Assembly (NCBI GenBank): GCA_027021705.1 | Contig: JALUTT010000161.1 | Coordinates: 1 to 23,270 of the forward strand | Direction of reading: 5' to 3' | Length of the DNA: 23,270 nucleotides | Source of the DNA: Anaerolineae bacterium | Lineage (GTDB): Bacteria; Chloroflexota; Anaerolineae; S140-20 | In this document: piece after piece, positions 18,419-23,270 of the stretch | How positions within the stretch are numbered: the first letter of the stretch is position 1 | How the letters are laid out: each line of letters begins with the position of its first letter | Program-made: the position numbers and the translations under genes | Notes under the pieces: model-generated | What the model saw: the letters and a program-made list of their open reading frames with translations, nothing else | The model's database searches: none | Told to the model about the DNA's origin: nothing

Positions 18419-20632
18419 TCAGGGTGCCGGTGGGGTCGGTGTGGCGTAGGGCGGGATGGCCTCGGGAGGCAGGGGCGTCAGCGGGAGGCCGAAGTAGGCC
18501 TCGACCACTTGCCGGAAGAGCGGAGCAGCGACGGCGGAACCCTCACCGGCGTTCTCCACCAGGACGACGACGACGATCTGGGGGTCATCGGCCGGAGCGT
18601 AGCCGGCGAACCAGGCATGGGGCAGGGCCTCCGCGCCAGGGGCTTCGGCGGTGCCCGTCTTGCCGGCCACAGGAATGCTCAGCCCTCGGAAGCGGTGGAA
18701 GGCGGTGCCCCCCCATCGTTGGGTTGCCCCTTCCATACCTCGGCGGATGGCTGCCAGCGTCTCCTCGGAGACAGGGAGGCGTTCCACAGCTTGTACCGGG
18801 AAGGGTTCCTCGGGCACCGAACCGTCGGGGGCCGCACCGATCCGGTCTATCACCCGGGGACGGTAGAGGATGCCCCCGTTGACGATAGCGGCCACGTAGC
18901 GGGCGACCTGGAGGGGCGTCACTGTCAAGAAGCCCTGACCGATGGCCAGGTTGACCCCATCACCGGCCGACCATCCCTCGCCCAGGTTCTCCAGCTTCCA
19001 CCGAGGATCGGGCACCAGGCCAGCCACTTCGGGGATGCCGACGATGCCGGTGGGCTGTCCCAGCCCGAAAGCCCGGGCGAAGTCGGACAGAAGCTGGGGA
19101 TCTTGGGTGAAGAGGGCCAGGCCAACATCGTAGAAGTAAGGGTCGCAGGAACGCTCCAGCCCCTGCACCAGCGTGATCGTCCCATGTCCCCCTTCCAGCC
19201 AGTCCTTCTTGATGGCCCCCGGCCCCAGCCCGGTCCAGATGCCGGTGCAGGTGTAGAGCGTGTCAGGTGTGTACTTGCCCTTCTCCAGAGCTGCAGCCAT
19301 CGTGATGATCTTGAAGACCGAGCCCAGGGGGTAGATGCCCTGGGTTGCCCGGTTGAGCAGGGGGCGGCGGGGATCAGCGAGGATGGCCGTCCGCTGGTTG
19401 CCGGCCAGCGGGGCGACGAAAGCGTTGGGATCGAAAGACGGGCTGCTGGCCATCGCCAGCACCGAGCCGTCACGGGGGTCCAGCACGACGATGGCCCCCG
19501 TGCGGTCGCCCAGGATTTCCTGGACCTGGTGTTGAAACTCTCGGTTCAGCGTGGTGTAGAGGGGACGGCTCACGCGCCCTTTCCGCTCCGCCAGCGTCTT
19601 CACTACCTCCCCTTGAGGGGTGATTACCTGCAGTGTCCCGCCGTGCTCGCCAGCCAGGTAGGGCTCTCCCCAGGCCTCCAGGCCGGCGACGCCTACCCAC
19701 TCGTCGCCTCGGTAGCCCTGGGCCCTGTACTCGGCCAATCGCTCGGCTGGGATGGGACCGACGTAGCCGACGATGTGGGGGGCGATGCCCCCATCTCGGT
19801 AGTAGCGGGCATCCTTCTCCCCCAGACGAAGGCCCGGTGTCTGCTCCAGGGCGTCCCGATAGGCTTGGCTGACGTCGAAGGGGATGTCGGCGATGGGGAT
19901 GTACCAGTCCGCCGGCTGGCCTGCGTACCGAGCCTGGATCTCCGCTGGAGTCAGGCCGGTGACGGCGCTCAGCGTGTTCAACAACGCCTGCTCGTCGGTG
20001 ATCTCGCCCGGCACCACCCCCACCGTCACAAGACGGGAGTCCACGGCCAGCCCCTGTCCCTCCCGGTCGTAGATGTTGGCCCGGCTGGGGATCACCCAGT
20101 CCATGTAGAGTAGGTTGCCTCCCTCCAGGTCAGGCCAGATCAGTCCTTCGTGCCAGTCCACACCCCATCGTCCTCCCTCGAAGCGCAGCGTCATCGTCTG
20201 ATCGGCCTCCAGTGAGCCGACCAGCGCGGTCTCCCAAGTGAGGTGGAAGGCAACCTGGGCTGTGGCTCCCTCCCGCAGTGCCGATCGGAGTTGGGTGGTG
20301 ACGGTAAGGACGGTAGCGGTGTCCAGAGCGGACTGGTAGAGGGTTGCGAAGCGCTTGGCATCCAGTTGGGCCTGCACCGACGGGACGAGCCAGGTGTACA
20401 TCCCCAGGTAGTCGCGGGCTTCGTAGGCGGCGAGGAAGGCGAGGGCAGCCCCTTCGGGATCCGGTGGTGGGGTAGCGGTAGGGGTGGGGGGAAGCGGGGT
20501 GGCGGTGGCAAGGGGAGAGGCCGGTGCAGCACTCGTCGTCGGTGGTAGGGTCGTCGTGGAGCCACCACCGCAGGCGGTGATCAGAAGGATCACAATGACC
20601 GGCAGAAGGACCAGTTTCTTCGGAAGGGGCAT
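18419..20632 (-). CDS. mrdA: class B penicillin-binding protein (PBP2-type), lipoprotein with NTF2-like N-terminal domain
   Basis: Lipobox LITAC, Pro/Thr linker, PSRANIYDR, GVAGLE, SxxK (GSVFK), SCD in the SxN position, KTGTAE, HAWFAGYAP. Confidence 0.85.
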   Translation of the reverse strand: MPLPKKLVLLPVIVILLITACGGGSTTTLPPTTSAAPASPLATATPLPPTPTATPPPDPEGAALAFLAAYEARDYLGMYTWLVPSVQAQLDAKRFATLYQSALDTATVLTVTTQLRSALREGATAQVAFHLTWETALVGSLEADQTMTLRFEGGRWGVDWHEGLIWPDLEGGNLLYMDWVIPSRANIYDREGQGLAVDSRLVTVGVVPGEITDEQALLNTLSAVTGLTPAEIQARYAGQPADWYIPIADIPFDVSQAYRDALEQTPGLRLGEKDARYYRDGGIAPHIVGYVGPIPAERLAEYRAQGYRGDEWVGVAGLEAWGEPYLAGEHGGTLQVITPQGEVVKTLAERKGRVSRPLYTTLNREFQHQVQEILGDRTGAIVVLDPRDGSVLAMASSPSFDPNAFVAPLAGNQRTAILADPRRPLLNRATQGIYPLGSVFKIITMAAALEKGKYTPDTLYTCTGIWTGLGPGAIKKDWLEGGHGTITLVQGLERSCDPYFYDVGLALFTQDPQLLSDFARAFGLGQPTGIVGIPEVAGLVPDPRWKLENLGEGWSAGDGVNLAIGQGFLTVTPLQVARYVAAIVNGGILYRPRVIDRIGAAPDGSVPEEPFPVQAVERLPVSEETLAAIRRGMEGATQRWGGTAFHRFRGLSIPVAGKTGTAEAPGAEALPHAWFAGYAPADDPQIVVVVLVENAGEGSAVAAPLFRQVVEAYFGLPLTPLPPEAIPPYATPTPPAP

Positions 20633-20673
20633 AGGGACATTCCCAGAGCGTGTTCCCGGAGATAGCGCCCTTC

Positions 20674-20702
20674 ATTTTACTACAGGTCTGGCCGGTGTAC
20701 AA
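20674..20702 (-). promoter_or_regulatory. sigma70-type promoter of the PBP gene
   Basis: TTGTAC-17 bp-TAAAAT, about 40 bp upstream of the ATG. Confidence 0.6.
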
Positions 20703-20788
20703 GGTTAAACCGCCGCACCAGAGCCCGACCGTTGATGGAGGCCGAGAGCGCGGGGTATAATGGGGAAGAGGTAAAGCCGATGGAGGCC

Positions 20789-21000
20789 TCAGGCCTCTTC
20801 GAGGGACGACAGCGCTGGGAAGGGACCGACGTTGTTCACCAGCGCGTCGAGCCGTCCGAACTGGTCCCGGATCAGGCGGATGACCTCCTCGGCAGCGGTC
20901 GGCACGGTGGCGTCGGCCCGGAAAGCGAGGGCCCCCGGTGCGAGGGTGTCGAAGCATTGACGCATCGCTTTGGTGTGGAAGGCCAGCAGCTCTTCCACTG
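20789..21000 (-). pseudogene. short-chain dehydrogenase/reductase (SDR) fragment
   Basis: ALAFRADAT..AAEEVIRLIRDQFGRLDALVNNVG matches the SDR betaC-alphaD-betaD segment; no GxxxGxG or YxxxK motif. Confidence 0.65.
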
Positions 21001-21034
21001 CCCGCCTGAAGGGGGAACCTACCCGAAAGAGGGG

Positions 21035-21385
21035 GGCCTGGAAGCGCCGGTGGGTAGGCACCGGCCTGAAGAGCCGGTGCTGGGGTGCATCGGCCTGGCA
21101 GCGCCGGTGCTGGGGGGGATGGGGGCGGCAGGGGGAGCCCCGGCCCCGTCTGTTCGACGGCGGCATCGGCCTGAAGCGGCGGGGCTGGGGTGCATCGGCC
21201 TGGCAGCGCCGGTGCTGGGGGGGATGGGGGCGGCAGGGGGAGCCCCGGCTCCGTCTGTTCGACGGCGGGGATGGGTAGGCACCGGCCTGAAGAGCCGGTG
21301 CTGGGGTGCATCGGCCTGGAAGCGCCGGTGCTGGGGGGGATGGGGGCGGCAGGGGGAGACCCGGCCCCGCCGGTTCACGGCGGGG
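21035..21385. repeat. three tandem copies of a ~105-116 bp G-rich palindromic unit
   Basis: Units start at about 21057, 21162 and 21278. Each has two related GCAYCGGCCTG... palindromic subunits plus GGGGGGGATGGGGGCGGCAGGGGGAG. Confidence 0.9.
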
Positions 21386-21409
21386 CGAGGCTCAGTGCCT
21401 TCAATCCCT

Positions 21410-22291
21410 TCAGTGGTTCAGTGATTCAGAAGCCCTACAGGATACCCCCTCCGGCAACTCCAGCTTCCAGACGGTGACCCAAGGGTAGTGGATGGCAGCA
21501 ACTTCTCCTTCAACACCCAACTGAAAGTAGACCCCGCTGTCATCGTGCGCCCAGCCCAGAATCCTATGGTTCCAGCCGGGCTTGAAGGCCCGGGCCAGCA
21601 GAGCGTTGTTCTCGGCTAAGCGGATCTGCGCCCCCAGAGAGGCGGTTGCGTAGCACCGGCCCCCGTGGGAGAAGCCCCGCTGCCGGCCGGTGAAGCTGCG
21701 GGAACGGGGCACCCGAATGTGGGGGATGGCCTTGACCCAGGCAGGGGGATCCGTCGCCGGCCCCTCCAGCGGCATCGCGAAGGGCTCTTCTCCCAGGGAG
21801 AAGGCGGTGAAGCCCCCTATCCCCAAGCTCTTGGTGACGTAGACGGGCCAAGGCGCTCTCGCCAGCCGGACCGGGTCCTCCTCCACCTCGGCCAACTTCC
21901 TCACCTCCATCCCCGGCATCTCCACCAGATAGTAGCAATCGCTAAACCCACTCCCCAAGATAAAGCGGTTCCGATCCACCCAACGCACCTCGGAAGTGTC
22001 AGGACACTTCAGCCGCCGGGGATACTCGACGCCCCGCACCAGGTCGAAGACCGCCCATTCCCTATGGAACATAACCAACAGCCACTCCCCCCCTGGAGAG
22101 AGAACAGCATAGTCCGCCTCCCGCTCGGCGGGAACGATGAGCTGCACCCGCCCCACCACCTCGTCCATCCGGTTGCTCCAGGCCAGCCGCTCCTTCAGAG
22201 AGCGGGGACGACAGGGGCCAAACTGGCACAGCAGCAGCAGCGCCAGCACCCCCAGGGTCAGCACTGCCCCCCACCGCTCCCCCTTCGTCAC
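21410..22291 (-). CDS. hypothetical exported/membrane-anchored protein, possibly beta-propeller-like
   Basis: GTG 22291 after GGGAGG; N-terminal hydrophobic stretch; LSPGGEWL, VRWVD and LGWAHDDSGVYF resemble TolB-like blades; a paralog lies 1167 bp away. Confidence 0.7.
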   Translation of the reverse strand: MTKGERWGAVLTLGVLALLLLCQFGPCRPRSLKERLAWSNRMDEVVGRVQLIVPAEREADYAVLSPGGEWLLVMFHREWAVFDLVRGVEYPRRLKCPDTSEVRWVDRNRFILGSGFSDCYYLVEMPGMEVRKLAEVEEDPVRLARAPWPVYVTKSLGIGGFTAFSLGEEPFAMPLEGPATDPPAWVKAIPHIRVPRSRSFTGRQRGFSHGGRCYATASLGAQIRLAENNALLARAFKPGWNHRILGWAHDDSGVYFQLGVEGEVAAIHYPWVTVWKLELPEGVSCRASESLNH

Positions 22292-22384
22292 GGCCCCACC
22301 TCCCAAGGCTTCACTTCCACCCAGTCATCGTACAACTCAAACCCTACCGCCTGGTAGCCGATCCCAAAGCGCCCCAGCCCCCCG

Positions 22385-22513
22385 CGACGGCCGACCGCCG
22401 ACGGCGGACCGCCGACCGCCGGGGTCGCCCGCTCGGCGCGGGGGGCAGCCCCGCGCACCGGGCCGGCGCACACAGAACACGAAGGGCACCAAGGCCCCCA
22501 AGGGCACGAAGCG
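22385..22513. repeat. 5x heptamer (SGACSGC) and 4x degenerate nonamer (CACGAAGGG-like) repeats
   Basis: cgacggc cgaccgc cgacggc ggaccgc cgaccgc at 22385-22419; cacgaaggg caccaaggc ccccaaggg cacgaagcg at 22478-22513. Confidence 0.65.
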
Positions 22514-22591
22514 CCACCGGAGGAAAAGGGGCAAGCCCTTCGGGCCAAACGGCCCCGGCCCCCAGAGACACCCCCCAGGAAAGGGATCGGC

Positions 22592-23148
22592 CTACTCCCC
22601 CCTACAGGATACCCCCTCCGGCAACTCCAGCTTCCAGACGGTGACCCAAGGGTAGTGGATGGCAGCAACTTCTCCTTCAACACCCAACAGAAAGTAGACC
22701 CCGCTGTCATCGTGCGCCCAGCCTAGAACGTACACCTCCCAGCCATGCTTATACGCCCACGCCAACAGGGCGTTGTCGTCGGCCGAGCGTATCTCCACCT
22801 TGTTACGCCCAAGAGCGTAACATCGGCCCTTGTGAGAAGGGGCCCGTCGCAAACCAACGTAGCTGCGGGAACGGGGCACCCGAATGTGGGGAATGGCCTT
22901 GACCCAGGCAGGGGGGTCCGTCTCCGGCCCCCCCAGCGGCATCGCGAAGGGCTCCTCGCCCAGGACGAAGGCAGTGAAGCCACCACTGATCAGACTTTTG
23001 GTGACGTAGATGGGCCAGGACGCCCTTGCCAACCGGACCGGGTCCTTCTCCACCACCGGCAGCTTCGTCACCTTCAACTCCGGCAGCTCTACCAGGTAGT
23101 AACAGTTGAGGGCAGGCCCTTCACCCAGGACGAAGCGGTCGGGCTCTA
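22592..23148 (-). pseudogene. 3' part of a paralog of 21410..22291, interrupted by IS630
   Basis: LEPDRFVLG..CYYLVELP onward aligns with VDRNRFILG..CYYLVEMP; similarity stops at the CTAG (23146-23149) at the IS end. Confidence 0.8.
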
Positions 23149-23270
23149 GTGGTTTGTCAAGTTTGAATTTGTGGATAGAGGTGCTTGAGCCGAATACGGG
23201 CATCTTCGGTTGTGAACTGCCAATCCACCTGCTTCTGAGAAGCGTTCCGCTCGCTATACCAGGCCCGTGT
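23147..23270 (-). mobile_element. IS630-family insertion sequence, right end (partial)
   Basis: Transposase C-terminus followed by TGACAAACCAC-TA; TA target inside a CTAG. Confidence 0.85.
23157..23270 (-). CDS. IS630-family transposase, C-terminal 37 aa (partial)
   Basis: TRAWYSERNASQKQVDWQFTTEDARIRLKHLYPQIQT*; W..RN..V.WQFTT.DAR..L..LYP is a characteristic IS630 tail. Not in the ORF track. Confidence 0.85.
   Translation of the reverse strand, partial: TRAWYSERNASQKQVDWQFTTEDARIRLKHLYPQIQT

Noticed and set aside
18419..20632. PBP as the pbpC partner of the A2M gene
   Set aside because: It is a class B PBP with no transglycosylase domain and lies over 12 kb away beyond housekeeping genes.
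21035..21385. CRISPR array
   Set aside because: The sequences between palindromes are themselves repeated, so there are no unique spacers; no cas genes.
21433..22954. Diversity-generating retroelement TR/VR pair
   Set aside because: Differences are block-wise and not adenine-specific, both copies are coding, and no reverse transcriptase is in the window.

Overview
GC-rich bacterial DNA, probably Chloroflexota/Anaerolineae (inferred from Pro/Thr-rich lipoprotein linkers, the RpoD insertions and short intergenic tandem repeats). Left to right: end of a WD40 gene, a GH39-like lipoprotein, a membrane protein, an alpha-2-macroglobulin (A2M)-like gene, two ABC-2 permeases with two small membrane proteins, ppdK, a stop-disrupted Rpn C-terminal module, dnaG-rpoD, an Atg22/UMF1-like MFS transporter, a PBP2-type transpeptidase, and a decaying region (SDR remnant, ~105-116 bp repeats, two paralogous genes, one cut by an IS630 element). 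Main finding: the minus-strand ORFs 3612..5831 and 2457..3545 are in one frame, separated only by a TGA at 3612-3614. That TGA sits exactly at the Cys position of the A2M thioester motif (YPFG-TGA-AEQT vs canonical PxGCxEQ) and is followed by a SECIS-like hairpin. This predicts a 1124-aa selenocysteine A2M that could form a Sec-Gln selenoester. It has an N-terminal zinc ribbon instead of a signal peptide. A simple nonsense mutation cannot be excluded from this window alone.
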